Shown piece after piece: positions 37,895 through 47,872 of a DNA stretch of 64,000 nucleotides. The stretch lies in the IMG/VR virus record IMGVR_UViG_3300041411_000129, positions 186,001-250,000 of that record; one strand, given 5' to 3'. Numbering within the stretch: position 1 is the stretch's first letter; each line of letters starts with the position of its first letter. Made by a program: the position numbers and the translations under genes. A model generated the notes under the pieces. That model saw only the letters and a list, made by a program, of their open reading frames with translations. It searched no databases and had not been told where the DNA came from.

Positions 37895-38691
37895 TGCAAG
37901 ACCAAGGTTTTAAATGGATTATCGTTTCTGACGTAGCTGAGCTGACTGCGTTTAACAACATCCTCGGCCTCGGCCATCCCCTGTCGCTTGATGATCTGTT
38001 CCAGAAGATCAGCGATGAGGTTGACACTGAGTTCCAAGCCCACTGGGAAGAGAATGCTGCGCGTGGTCTGATCGAAGACGACATGCCGCATAAGGGCGCG
38101 ATGGAGAAGGCTAAACGCCGATCGGCTCTGGTTCAGGAGTTGGCCTTGTCCAGTAATGGCGAGGCTACCTACTACACCCTGATTCCACCGAAGGCTGTGG
38201 TCGAACTAAAGGCAGCGTTGCGTAGCCTGTTGCTTACCCAGACAAGTAAGCTGAAAGCCGTCCAGTCTGCTGGCTATAACGCCAAGGCTCCTGAAGCTAC
38301 ATGGTTCCTTGCCCGCGGTGTCGCCGTTATCATCGAAGGTGATGTAGACATCCTTCGTAAGGCTGAAGGTGTATGGGGACATCTACCTAGGGCTTTCCAG
38401 TTGATGGAACCTAAGGAGTTGGATGACTCCCGCGCCTACGCGTGCCAGTCGGTCGGTCCTACTGGTTTCACTACGTGGATCTCTCAAGACATCGACAGTA
38501 TCCATCTGGTCGTAGAAGAGGGTCCAACCGTTAAGCTGGTTTCCTACAGTCCTACCAATGCTTTCAGTGAAGAAGCTGTGTTGGGTGAAGTTCAGCGGTT
38601 GTACGAAGGTCGTCCTGTCGAGCTGCATGAAGCTTTCGAAGACATTCAGTTCGATGCGTCCAAGTACGACCCAGTCAAGGAAATAGTGTAG
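37894..38691 (+). CDS. Hypothetical protein
   Basis: GAGGTG SD; TAATG coupling. Confidence 0.8.
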   Translation: MQDQGFKWIIVSDVAELTAFNNILGLGHPLSLDDLFQKISDEVDTEFQAHWEENAARGLIEDDMPHKGAMEKAKRRSALVQELALSSNGEATYYTLIPPKAVVELKAALRSLLLTQTSKLKAVQSAGYNAKAPEATWFLARGVAVIIEGDVDILRKAEGVWGHLPRAFQLMEPKELDDSRAYACQSVGPTGFTTWISQDIDSIHLVVEEGPTVKLVSYSPTNAFSEEAVLGEVQRLYEGRPVELHEAFEDIQFDASKYDPVKEIV

Positions 38692-38753
38692 ATTACGTAA
38701 ATAGTTACTGGCATAGTGCTATCTTATGTGAACATTCGCACTAAGGACTTCGA

Positions 38754-39056
38754 TTGGACATTCGTGCCCGACTCGCGGTGGCTCTTTGCGTGGTTCTTGC
38801 TTCGGTAGATACGATGGCAGCGCCTCTCGAGATTCGGGTGCCGCAACCTAAGTACTACTGTTCCTCAGATGAACAACTTACTAAGATGCAAGTCTTCTTG
38901 CAGGCGAAGGAGTTGGAACTCGAGGAGCGCAGATACGACCCGTTCTTAAGTACCACGTTCTTCTGGGGAACGAAAGGGCTGAGCGGGACGTATAAAGAAC
39001 TATACCTCGGCAACCCTGGCGACAACATACTCACCCCACGCCGTTGGAGCATGTAA
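38754..39056 (+). CDS. Possible secreted hypothetical protein
   Basis: TAAGGA SD, TTG start, signal-like N-terminus. Confidence 0.55.
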   Translation: MDIRARLAVALCVVLASVDTMAAPLEIRVPQPKYYCSSDEQLTKMQVFLQAKELELEERRYDPFLSTTFFWGTKGLSGTYKELYLGNPGDNILTPRRWSM

Positions 39057-39099
39057 GGTGATGATAGTGACTCCCTGACGCCTTTGGGTCATACAGAAA

Positions 39100-39314
39100 C
39101 CACCCCACTGATAAGCGTAGATAGTCAACAACCGATTCGGGATAACCGGTCAAAGAGGCTCCTGTGTGGAGCAAATGCCAACCCTGTCCCCGTGCGCATA
39201 CACGGACGCCAGATGGTAGATGTATCCGCCACCCCGCGCATCGAGGGCGTCGCTGTTCCAACTCCCCGGAGCGGGGCTAGGTTGAGTTCAGGATCGTCGG
39301 TAGAGTAGGGGTGG
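39100..39314 (+). ncRNA. Candidate structured ncRNA (about 215 nt)
   Basis: CCACCCC/GGGGTGG closing helix and at least 5 internal stems; T-rich 3' flank. Confidence 0.5.
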
Positions 39315-39361
39315 CCATTTCTTTTCTTTATGCCGCAAACATTTATTAAGGTGCCATCATC

Positions 39362-39874
39362 ATGACTACACCACGCTTAGGTGATCCAATCATCTCGACC
39401 GATAAAGATGGTAAAGAACGCCGCTCGTACGTTACGGTTAACCCTGATCGCCGCACAGCTCCGCATCGCCGTATGAAGAAAGACATCGCCGAGCAAGCCA
39501 AACTCAGGGAAGAACGGGAAGCCCAGGAGTGTTTGGATGAACCAATCCCAGTGTTCGATGGTACAGCAATAGCCGAGGCTTACGCCACCGCTGCGGAGCA
39601 TCTCGGCATTAGCCTCATGGGGACAAACATTCGTGTTCTCGATATGTTGGAATCGTATCAGCTCAATGTCGAGCGTAGTCACGATGGACTTCTCAAGATT
39701 CCGTATTCCAAGGATATCGATGAGTTCCTCCAGAACAGTGACTTCAAGACGTACATCGGTAAGCTGTATAACCACCCAATCGACTATGTCGGCAACGTCG
39801 GCATTGCGCTAATGGAAGCACTACCTAACTCCGGGTTCACTGGATCTGCAACACTAACTTTCGTAGCAATATAA
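39362..39874 (+). CDS. Hypothetical protein
   Basis: AAGGTG SD. Confidence 0.8.
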   Translation: MTTPRLGDPIISTDKDGKERRSYVTVNPDRRTAPHRRMKKDIAEQAKLREEREAQECLDEPIPVFDGTAIAEAYATAAEHLGISLMGTNIRVLDMLESYQLNVERSHDGLLKIPYSKDIDEFLQNSDFKTYIGKLYNHPIDYVGNVGIALMEALPNSGFTGSATLTFVAI

Positions 39875-39886
39875 GGAAACAACGGA

Positions 39887-40648
39887 ATGAATCTGGTAAT
39901 TGAAGATGTAGTAAAGAGCCATGCTATTAAGAAAATGAATAGCTCTCTTGAACTCGCCAAGATGTGGCTGCACATCACCGGAACCAACCCAGGTGGTGAA
40001 AACCCTTACCACAACAACACCCACATGAAGCGCATGGCCGGTATCGCAGGCTTCCTATTGGAGAGTGATCCTTTCTACGCTACTCTGACTCCAGATCAGA
40101 AACGTATCGAAAGTACACTCCTACTCATCGCCTGTCTCTGGCATGACTACGGTCATAGCGCCGGGAAGAAGCCTGATCTCGAGAACATTCAGTTCGCGAC
40201 AGAAGCATTCATGAACTGGTTCAATGGCGCGTGGCCTGAAATGATCATGTACCTTGAAGGGAAAGATCACGCAACCCTCAATAAGGACGATGAAGAAGGT
40301 GCTGTTAAACTGGCGGCTAAGCACGCCAAGGTCATCTCAGAACTCCTCAAGGTCACCGAATTTCCATTCGTCCATCAACCAAGAACTGTCCTCGAGAAAT
40401 GCATCCGCGACGCTGATCTCCTGTATACGTTCGACGTTAACACTGGTCAGATCGTTCATGGTCTTTACCTGGAACTGAAGAGTTCCGGTAAGTTCCCTTT
40501 CTCGTTCATGAGCTTCATGCATCGCCAGTCGGAGTTCCTCGATAGCTGCGAACACTTCACAGACCTTGGCAAACAGATCCACGCGACAATGAAAGACGAC
40601 GTTCTAGCTCGTCAATTCGCTTGGGCTGAATCCCAAGGCTTCGCGTAA
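39887..40648 (+). CDS. HD-domain phosphohydrolase
   Basis: NPYHNNTH, LWHDYGH, IRDADL. Confidence 0.85.
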   Translation: MNLVIEDVVKSHAIKKMNSSLELAKMWLHITGTNPGGENPYHNNTHMKRMAGIAGFLLESDPFYATLTPDQKRIESTLLLIACLWHDYGHSAGKKPDLENIQFATEAFMNWFNGAWPEMIMYLEGKDHATLNKDDEEGAVKLAAKHAKVISELLKVTEFPFVHQPRTVLEKCIRDADLLYTFDVNTGQIVHGLYLELKSSGKFPFSFMSFMHRQSEFLDSCEHFTDLGKQIHATMKDDVLARQFAWAESQGFA

Positions 40649-40710
40649 TAACAAACCAACAATGGAGAGGGTATATACCCTCTCCCACTTATGCCCCTAG
40701 GAGTATCACC

Positions 40711-40986
40711 ATGTCCATTAAGATTAATGAAGTATCCTTCACCGCAGCTGTAGGCGCCGAAGGTCACATCAACGTAACTCAAACTGTCCTCACCCTCATC
40801 CCAAGTCTGAAGGCCGAACAAATCTCCATCGACAAGCGCGTCTATGAAGACAACGACGGTATCATTTACGATGAAGAAGAGGGCATGAATAAGAAGATCA
40901 ATGGCGACATTGTTCTTGATTACAAGGCCTACGGTAACAAAGAACAACAGCAACTCGAAATCACCGCAATCATCACCCACCGATAA
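40711..40986 (+). CDS. Hypothetical protein
   Basis: AGGAG SD. Confidence 0.75.
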   Translation: MSIKINEVSFTAAVGAEGHINVTQTVLTLIPSLKAEQISIDKRVYEDNDGIIYDEEEGMNKKINGDIVLDYKAYGNKEQQQLEITAIITHR

Positions 40987-40996
40987 GGAAGTCGCC

Positions 40997-41392
40997 ATGT
41001 CTGAAGAAGTTAAAGAATACCCAAAGGCTCAAGTACTGGTCAACCAACGTCTGGTGCTGCCGGATGCATTCATTAATCCTGAAGTTCATCTATACCTGCC
41101 AACCGACGCCATCGGCAACATGACCTGTCCTCTCAAGGCCGTTCGTATCGAATGCTGGAAGCGATCTACGGGCGATGTCAAACGCAGCGTACTGGCGGAC
41201 ATCTTCAGTAGCAATCGCTCCGGCCTGGCGTTCAGCCTCCTGAAGCATCAATCAGAGCTGGAGTTCGGCATGCTGACCATGAGTGTGGCCTTCGGTAGCC
41301 TGAAGGTTCTGAACGACTGGTTGTTCACGCTGGAACGTTTCCCAGCAGGCGACCTGAATCGCTTCGACGCCTACTACACTCCAGGCAAGTAA
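40997..41392 (+). CDS. Hypothetical protein
   Basis: AAGGAAG SD before ATG 40997. Confidence 0.75.
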   Translation: MSEEVKEYPKAQVLVNQRLVLPDAFINPEVHLYLPTDAIGNMTCPLKAVRIECWKRSTGDVKRSVLADIFSSNRSGLAFSLLKHQSELEFGMLTMSVAFGSLKVLNDWLFTLERFPAGDLNRFDAYYTPGK

Positions 41393-41439
41393 TTGACACG
41401 GGGGACTGATACTCCCCCGACTTTATTAAGGAATAGATC

Positions 41440-42429
41440 GTGGCTAATAAACGTCCTCTCGTTTTATTTTCTGGTGGTTTGGATTCAACCTTCAACATGC
41501 TTCTCCACACGCTTGAAGGTGAGTCGGTTGATTACGTTTATATCGACGGGGGTCAAGGTAAAGGTAAGGTCAAGGCAGAGGAAGCGACTATCGATCGTAT
41601 TCTGACCGCACTACATGAACATGCTCGACGTAAGGAGAAAGACGTACGACATCGGTTCAGCACGCACCCTCTGTCGGAGGTTAACTTCTGCAATACTCCT
41701 AGCGCTGGCTGGCGTCAACCTATCCCATGGTTGGTATCGGCGTTAGAAGTAGTAGATCCAGAGAAACACTCGGCTGTTGAAGTCTCCTACGTTCAGGGTG
41801 ATGAAATCATCAGCCGACTCCCTGAACTACAAACGGCGTGGGCTGCGATGTGGGCAGTCACTAAAGTCGGTGAGTTGGTTCCACTGAAGTTTCCGCTCAA
41901 GGATGTCAGTAAGCAGGGTATCCTCTGTCAGATGCCTGAAGATTTGTACAAGCTGACGTGGGTTTGTGAAACACCGATCCTGCAAACGTTCGCTTGGCCA
42001 AAGAGTTGTATCGAATACGGCCGTAGTCATAATGCTCGCTGCCGCGCATGTGAAACTCGTCTCGTTGAGCTGTATCGTTTCGAACTCCGTAACGGTAAGA
42101 CTCTCGAACAATACCACACTGAATGCGCTGAGAAGATTGCTCGTGAAGAGCAGGAAGAGAAAGACCGTGTTCGTCGCCGTGAAGAACGTATCGCTGAAGA
42201 TATGGCCGATGGGTATAAGTCAGCGCTACCTGCTGGTGATGAACTCTCATCTACCTTCGATCGACTACCTAATCGCGGTGACTGGAAAGAACCAGATCTC
42301 ATTAAAGAACCGGATGTCTTTGCTGGTACAGACACGTCTACTATTGACGACATGATGCGCTTTGCCCATAACCCGATGATTCTCGGCAACGTAGAAGCCG
42401 TTCAAGAAGTAGAAATGCAGGAAGCTTAA
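41440..42429 (+). CDS. QueC-like PP-loop ATPase
   Basis: LVLFSGGLDST; TWVCE...C...CRAC metal cluster. Confidence 0.75.
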   Translation: MANKRPLVLFSGGLDSTFNMLLHTLEGESVDYVYIDGGQGKGKVKAEEATIDRILTALHEHARRKEKDVRHRFSTHPLSEVNFCNTPSAGWRQPIPWLVSALEVVDPEKHSAVEVSYVQGDEIISRLPELQTAWAAMWAVTKVGELVPLKFPLKDVSKQGILCQMPEDLYKLTWVCETPILQTFAWPKSCIEYGRSHNARCRACETRLVELYRFELRNGKTLEQYHTECAEKIAREEQEEKDRVRRREERIAEDMADGYKSALPAGDELSSTFDRLPNRGDWKEPDLIKEPDVFAGTDTSTIDDMMRFAHNPMILGNVEAVQEVEMQEA

Positions 42430-42526
42430 CGACATAAGGGCCGGGGATCTTCCCCGGCCTGTGTTTGTATCTTGTTACATTTGGGACACTAAGTATGTCC
42501 ACATATTCCCTTTTAGGTCGTTCATT

Positions 42527-43351
42527 ATGTCCGTATTTTCTGATGGCGAGCTGATGGCTCGCAGTATCAAACCAACGTACTTCAAGATCTGCCCAGACGC
42601 AGCTCCAGTACCTGTAATCCCCGGTGTCACCCACAACAGCGCCGAGATGCTCCAGTTGTTGAATCTTAAGGACATCTATCCCGAGATGGTCGTCGAAGCA
42701 ACTGACGAGATGCTCGAGGAGATGAAATGGAAGCCTCTCATCACGCCGTTTGTAGCTGACTCCGTCAAGTACATGTCGACGTCGGCGCCGAAGGAAACAG
42801 CCAAGCCTCAGGGCACCAACTACGAAATGCCCGGCGGTTATATCGCATGGGACCAACGTATCCCAAGCTACGGCGTTTCCAGCTACGGCTATGACATTCG
42901 TCTGGCTGAGAAAGACATCAAGATCTTCAGTAACATCAATTCTCCGATCATTGATCCGATGGATGTGTCTGAAGATTGTTACGTGCAGGCTGAGATCCGC
43001 ACCTGCCCGAAGACTGGTCTGCGTTACTACATGCAGCCGCCTAACAGTCTGGCCCTCGCCCACACTGCTGAGATCTTCAATATCAGCCGTGACATGCTGG
43101 TAGGTTGCTTCGGTAAGTCCACCTACGCCCGTGTAGGTCTGGTTCCAATGATCACGATCCTCGAACCTGAGTGGTCTGGTCAACTGGTACTGGAACTGGC
43201 TAACCAAACCAACTCCCCGGTCAAGGTCTACATCGACTGCGGTATCGCTCAGCTCGTGTTCTGGAAAGCTTCCGAAGTCTGCCGCGTAAGCTACGCAGAT
43301 CGTGGTGGTAAGTACATGCATCAGCGTGGAACTGTTGGCGCGATCATTTAA
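42527..43351 (+). CDS. dcd: dCTP deaminase (with N-terminal insertion)
   Basis: SYGVSSYGYDIRL, GKSTYARVG, ILEPEWSGQLVLE, YADRGGKYMHQRG. Confidence 0.92.
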   Translation: MSVFSDGELMARSIKPTYFKICPDAAPVPVIPGVTHNSAEMLQLLNLKDIYPEMVVEATDEMLEEMKWKPLITPFVADSVKYMSTSAPKETAKPQGTNYEMPGGYIAWDQRIPSYGVSSYGYDIRLAEKDIKIFSNINSPIIDPMDVSEDCYVQAEIRTCPKTGLRYYMQPPNSLALAHTAEIFNISRDMLVGCFGKSTYARVGLVPMITILEPEWSGQLVLELANQTNSPVKVYIDCGIAQLVFWKASEVCRVSYADRGGKYMHQRGTVGAII

Positions 43352-43380
43352 GGCAACCGTAGTTTTAAAAGGAATATGGA

Positions 43381-44712
43381 ATGTTCGAACTATTACTAGG
43401 ACTAATCAAAACCAACCCACAAGTAGCTGGCGCCCTGACGTTAGTCATCGGTGGATCGGTGTCTTATTTCGTACGTGACATTCCTCTGAAACTGTGGGTA
43501 TTCCTCAAGGCTCAGGCTATAGTTGAAGCTGAGTTGGATAACACGTCTGAGTGGAATGGTAAAGATCCTATCTTCATGAGATTCATGAATTGGTATCCTA
43601 ATCATTCCATTCAATGGATGTCACGGAGCTATAAGTACAATTCAGAAGGGAAGATGGTTGCCGGTAAAGGTAATCAGTACTTCATGTTCAAAGGTAGATT
43701 GTTCTGGTTCTTCATTACAGACCTTTCTTCCGATGGAGTCCATTTCCGCAAACAGGTCATTAACATTCGGTGCTTGTCTAGAAGTAAAGCATTGATGAAC
43801 GACATGTTGGACACTGCAACGTTTGTAGAGGCAGGTGCAGCGAAAGCAGCTATCCAAGTCTTCTCATTGCGGGTGACTCAATATGAACAAACGTGGGTTA
43901 GTGTTGGTTCATATCCGATCTTGAAGAATATGGTTCCTTTGGTAAACGCTGATACGTTTGGCGTTATCTCCGAATGCCTTAAACGGTTTGCGGGGACGAA
44001 GGAATGGTTCGATGAGAATCACATCACTTACAAACGAACGTTCCTGTTCTCAGGTCCGCCGGGTACTGGTAAATCTACATTGGCGATGCAGATCGCCATG
44101 ATGACTGGTCGAGATGTTTACTTAGTTGATTTGCAGAACATCCGCGGATCTGACTTCACCAACATCGTTGGGTCTATCCCTTCAGGGTCAGTGATGTTGT
44201 TGGAGGATGTACATGGATGCGATGAGCTCCTGAAGCGCGAACCGCTTGAAGACGGTAATCGGTACGTGAGTTCCCAAGGTCCGGATTTGTCTCAGGTGTT
44301 GAACGTCCTCTGCGGTATCATTCCGTTAGCAGACATCATCACCATCATGACGACCAACTATAAAGAACGATTGGAGCCTGCTCTTTACCGCCCAGGGCGG
44401 GTTGATGTGGATGTCGAGGTTGGGTATCTGAATAACGAAGCTATCCTTGCTTGGGTGTATCGCACCTACGGTCCCGAGGTTAGCTCTCATTACGTCGACC
44501 TGAACTTCCCTCACACTCTCACTGTTGGTGAAGTGTATCGGCTGTACGAACTACACAGAGACGATCATCGTTCTGTGATAAACGGGATGTTGCGTTATGG
44601 GTATAAGGAACTGGGCTATGCAACTTCAGCAGATAGCAGTGAAGGTACGCGGTCTTCTCAAGTTGCCACCACCAGATCAGTCAAACACCTTGGAGAGTTT
44701 GCCAGTAATTGA
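43381..44712 (+). CDS. BCS1-like AAA+ ATPase with N-terminal TM
   Basis: GPPGTGKS, MLLEDVH, MTTN, YRPGRVD. Confidence 0.85.
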   Translation: MFELLLGLIKTNPQVAGALTLVIGGSVSYFVRDIPLKLWVFLKAQAIVEAELDNTSEWNGKDPIFMRFMNWYPNHSIQWMSRSYKYNSEGKMVAGKGNQYFMFKGRLFWFFITDLSSDGVHFRKQVINIRCLSRSKALMNDMLDTATFVEAGAAKAAIQVFSLRVTQYEQTWVSVGSYPILKNMVPLVNADTFGVISECLKRFAGTKEWFDENHITYKRTFLFSGPPGTGKSTLAMQIAMMTGRDVYLVDLQNIRGSDFTNIVGSIPSGSVMLLEDVHGCDELLKREPLEDGNRYVSSQGPDLSQVLNVLCGIIPLADIITIMTTNYKERLEPALYRPGRVDVDVEVGYLNNEAILAWVYRTYGPEVSSHYVDLNFPHTLTVGEVYRLYELHRDDHRSVINGMLRYGYKELGYATSADSSEGTRSSQVATTRSVKHLGEFASN

Positions 44713-45259
44713 AGACAAACTCATTCCACGGCCACCAATTCTTCTACGACTGGAAGATTGTGAGACTGAGAGGGAAACCATCCCACAGTTTTTGGGGTAT
44801 GGGTGGTCCTTCGGTAGTGAGCATTATCTAACCGCATCTATCCACAATTCGGTTCATGCGGCTACTAGAGGTGACCATCCGTTTAATGTCAAGACATCTG
44901 AGATCGAGATCGAGACACTCAGCGAACTCCACGATAGCCTGACTATAAATGTCAAAGCATCTCAGATAGTGAGTAGTGAGTACTACGAGTTCGCAGGTCC
45001 TCTGTTTGCCGCTATGTTCTGTCCTAGCGGTTACACGATCTACGGTGGGTCTATGCTCAACGAGATGGTTGGTGGTCCTTCTGAGGTCTTCCTGAGACTT
45101 ATCCAAAAGATAGCCTTACGCCTCAACTGTAGGATCAACACTATTGAGACAGCGAAGGATGGAGCAACTCTGGTGTTGTTCACCCCATGGGATGCTAACC
45201 AAACCTTCTTTGACCTCATAACCAAAGTGGACGATAGAACTGCTGATGCTGGTGAATAG
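44597..45259 (+). CDS. Hypothetical protein (start probably near 44700)
   Basis: Overlaps upstream gene by 116 nt; start uncertain. Confidence 0.6.
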   Translation: MGIRNWAMQLQQIAVKVRGLLKLPPPDQSNTLESLPVIEDKLIPRPPILLRLEDCETERETIPQFLGYGWSFGSEHYLTASIHNSVHAATRGDHPFNVKTSEIEIETLSELHDSLTINVKASQIVSSEYYEFAGPLFAAMFCPSGYTIYGGSMLNEMVGGPSEVFLRLIQKIALRLNCRINTIETAKDGATLVLFTPWDANQTFFDLITKVDDRTADAGE

Positions 45260-45314
45260 AAATAATCAGAGGCGAGTCTAACAATCGCCGATTGTCGTAA
45301 TTAGGAGTATCACG

Positions 45315-45992
45315 ATGAATAAGAAGCCGGCTGCTAAAAGCAAGAATCTGTCTCTGGGGATTCCCGCTGTTTCCAATGGGGATGGGACGGACATTACAAG
45401 CATTAACGCGACGGTGTTTCACATCCTGCGCAAGAAGAAGACCGCCGATGTTAGCACCTACGGGTTGCCAAACATGAACGACGATGTCTTCAGCCGCAAG
45501 ATTCGTCTGGTCAAGCTTCCGAAGAAAGATGCCCTCGGTCCAATCGAAGACATCCCGGATCTGGAAGATGTGCATCACACTGACCTGCCATGGATCGGTC
45601 AAGCCACCTTCGGTACGGCCAGTCGTCAGTTCCGCTCCAAGAACATCCTGGCATGCGCTGTGGAGGTCGTTCGTGAGATCGACGGCTATCTGTACCGTCT
45701 GTCTGTAGCGATCGATGAGCCGAGCGGTGAACCGCTTCCGCCGACTCTGGTGTATCTAAACAAAGCTACGCCACTGGAACGCGAACACACCCTCGTGGTC
45801 AATCGCGAGGTCACTGAAGCGGAGCGTGAGTTCTACATGGCCGATGCTCCACCTGTTCCAATGGGTCTGCTGAAAGAACTGTCGGCTCTTGGCTACGGCT
45901 GCACCGGCACCACCTTCAAGCTCCTCAATGACGCTCGTATGGGGACATCGATCCACTGCGAACTGTACGGGAAAATCCTATTGGCGTCTTAA
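45315..45992 (+). CDS. Hypothetical protein
   Basis: AGGAG SD. Confidence 0.8.
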   Translation: MNKKPAAKSKNLSLGIPAVSNGDGTDITSINATVFHILRKKKTADVSTYGLPNMNDDVFSRKIRLVKLPKKDALGPIEDIPDLEDVHHTDLPWIGQATFGTASRQFRSKNILACAVEVVREIDGYLYRLSVAIDEPSGEPLPPTLVYLNKATPLEREHTLVVNREVTEAEREFYMADAPPVPMGLLKELSALGYGCTGTTFKLLNDARMGTSIHCELYGKILLAS

Positions 45993-46003
45993 GGGGGGGG
46001 GGG
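45993..46003 (+). repeat. G11 homopolymer at RBS of spanin gene
   Basis: TAA-G11-TAAC-ATG. Confidence 0.85.
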
Positions 46004-46007
46004 TAAC

Positions 46008-46511
46008 ATGTTCGGACTGGATATTAAAGGGTTAGCGAAGACTTACATGCCGTTGATTATCGGTTTGATTGGTCTCGCGCTCTTCATGATGATTCGATCA
46101 GCCTTTATAGGGTACGTTGATAATGAAAAGGCACTCACTGAAGCACAAGCTGCAACAGCGAATGTACTTACAATCAACGCTAGCCTTAATACTGAGATCA
46201 CGCGACTTACGCAAGATGTCAAAGATCGCGCTGATACGAATCAGAACATCAGCCAAGGCCAAGCAGCCTTAGGTGGGGATCTTGATGGACTCAAGTACGA
46301 ACTCGACATTGCAACAGCCGCCCGCGACGAAAGTTACATCGAGTATCAGTCGCAGTGCAAAGCCAAAGTTCCTACTTCGGTTCCGGCACGTAATACCGTT
46401 GCAAATGTCGGGCTACATCAAGACGTGGAAGCGGTAGAGCTGACAATAGCATGGAAGGCTTACTGCAAAGTAACGCCCGATGCTACCCAGTGTCTGGAGA
46501 AAGATAAATGA
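46008..46511 (+). CDS. Inner-membrane spanin (Rz-like)
   Basis: N-terminal TM, coiled coil, C-terminal CKVTPDATQC; followed by a lipoprotein gene. Confidence 0.75.
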   Translation: MFGLDIKGLAKTYMPLIIGLIGLALFMMIRSAFIGYVDNEKALTEAQAATANVLTINASLNTEITRLTQDVKDRADTNQNISQGQAALGGDLDGLKYELDIATAARDESYIEYQSQCKAKVPTSVPARNTVANVGLHQDVEAVELTIAWKAYCKVTPDATQCLEKDK

Positions 46512-46831
46512 TTCGATCACTCATCCTACTCATCGCAGTGCTTGGACTTTCAGGCTGCGGACATCAACAGATTGTGGAGAAGACAGTCACCAAATACGTT
46601 GCACTCGATGAAGGTTGGTTTGCGCCATGTCCAATGGTAGAGCCGCCTAAGATGTTGGATTACAATGCGGTCACTGATCGCAAGAAAGCTGACATGTGGG
46701 CAAGAAAGTATCTGGATCAAGCAGGCGTCAATGGCGACTGTAACATCCGGTTAAAAGAAGCCCTCGAGTACCAACGCAAGAAAGCTGCCGAAACTACGAC
46801 AGTGACATGTGTGGATGGGGTTTGCAAATAA
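46508..46831 (+). CDS. Outer-membrane spanin lipoprotein (Rz1-like)
   Basis: Lipobox LSGC; CP..PP motif. Confidence 0.8.
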   Translation: MIRSLILLIAVLGLSGCGHQQIVEKTVTKYVALDEGWFAPCPMVEPPKMLDYNAVTDRKKADMWARKYLDQAGVNGDCNIRLKEALEYQRKKAAETTTVTCVDGVCK

Positions 46832-46936
46832 CATACAGGCCGGGGAAATCCCCGGCCTTATGTCTGCGTACTCAACTTTTTTATGGTCATACATTGTCGG
46901 GGTACATAAACGCTACGAAAGCAAGGGAGGTTCATC

Positions 46937-47158
46937 ATGCTTAACGAATACGCTACAAATGGCGTTAGTCGTGGTGAACTGCTTAACAGGCACTCCCACG
47001 CTACCGTCATGTTTAAACGCGCTATGCGTCTGCACGGCGTTAACTCTAACGAGGCAAAGCACTGGGATGGTCTCTTGAACGAACTGGAGAAGTATCTCCA
47101 CTCTAAAGGAATCATCCGCATTGACCACAAAAGCTTTTTGATCACCGAGGATAACTAA
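46937..47158 (+). CDS. Hypothetical protein, paralog of 47671
   Basis: FKRAMRLHGVNSNEAKHW vs FERAMRTHGINSEQANHW. Confidence 0.8.
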   Translation: MLNEYATNGVSRGELLNRHSHATVMFKRAMRLHGVNSNEAKHWDGLLNELEKYLHSKGIIRIDHKSFLITEDN

Positions 47159-47233
47159 ACAGTTGTCTTCTGGTACAGAACTGCTACAATGGACTCGTTC
47201 CAAAGTAGTAGTGCAACACCCCGTGTAACTAAC

Positions 47234-47246
47234 GACCGTGGAGGTC
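47234..47246 (+). promoter_or_regulatory. SD-caging hairpin (copy 3)
   Basis: GACC-GTGGA-GGTC before ATG 47250. Confidence 0.75.
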
Positions 47247-47249
47247 AAG

Positions 47250-47543
47250 ATGTCGTATGGAGACAAGTTCAGCTACGACGAAGAATTCGTCGCTCTTTCA
47301 TCTGGCTTAGGTCAGGCGGTACAGGAGCTTCGAGATCGTCGAAACGAACTGAACGAGAGCTATCGGTTGTTAGGAGCGGAGCGCATGACAATGCGCTTGC
47401 AAGGCTTAAGTACTACGGACATTGATGTTAAGATGTCTGAAGTGATGCAGGCAATCCGTGAGATTGGAGCTAAAATTGATTCCACTCAGTCCGCCCACTT
47501 AAGTTACTTGCGAAACTGTCAGGTTGGTTATACTGACAGGTAG
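47250..47543 (+). CDS. Coiled-coil hypothetical protein
   Basis: Heptad-rich. Confidence 0.75.
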   Translation: MSYGDKFSYDEEFVALSSGLGQAVQELRDRRNELNESYRLLGAERMTMRLQGLSTTDIDVKMSEVMQAIREIGAKIDSTQSAHLSYLRNCQVGYTDR

Positions 47544-47603
47544 CTGTAGGAGACGGGGGTAACACCCCGTCTTTTTTTTGTCTGAATAATCGTAATGAAA
47601 AAG

Positions 47604-47620
47604 ATTACAGTCACACATAG
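47604..47620 (+). promoter_or_regulatory. Putative promoter ATTACAGTCACACATAG
   Basis: Identical to 6820-6836. Confidence 0.6.
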
Positions 47621-47670
47621 TCGACGTAGTGAAGCACTTCATTTACCCGACTCTGTAAAGGACTATCGCC

Positions 47671-47856
47671 ATGCTTACATTCTTGAGCAATCTGTTTGAC
47701 GGCAACACCAACGAAACTCGTGAACGCGCTTTGAAAGAACTGCGTATTGCGAAGAACTGCTTTGAACGAGCGATGCGCACTCACGGCATCAACTCGGAAC
47801 AAGCAAACCACTGGTCGGCGAAAGCTGACGAAGCCGAGAAAGCCCTGGGTCTGTAA
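47671..47856 (+). CDS. Hypothetical protein, paralog of 46937
   Basis: Shared RAMRxHGxNS motif. Confidence 0.8.
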   Translation: MLTFLSNLFDGNTNETRERALKELRIAKNCFERAMRTHGINSEQANHWSAKADEAEKALGL

Positions 47857-47872
47857 CCCAGAAGGATGCAAC

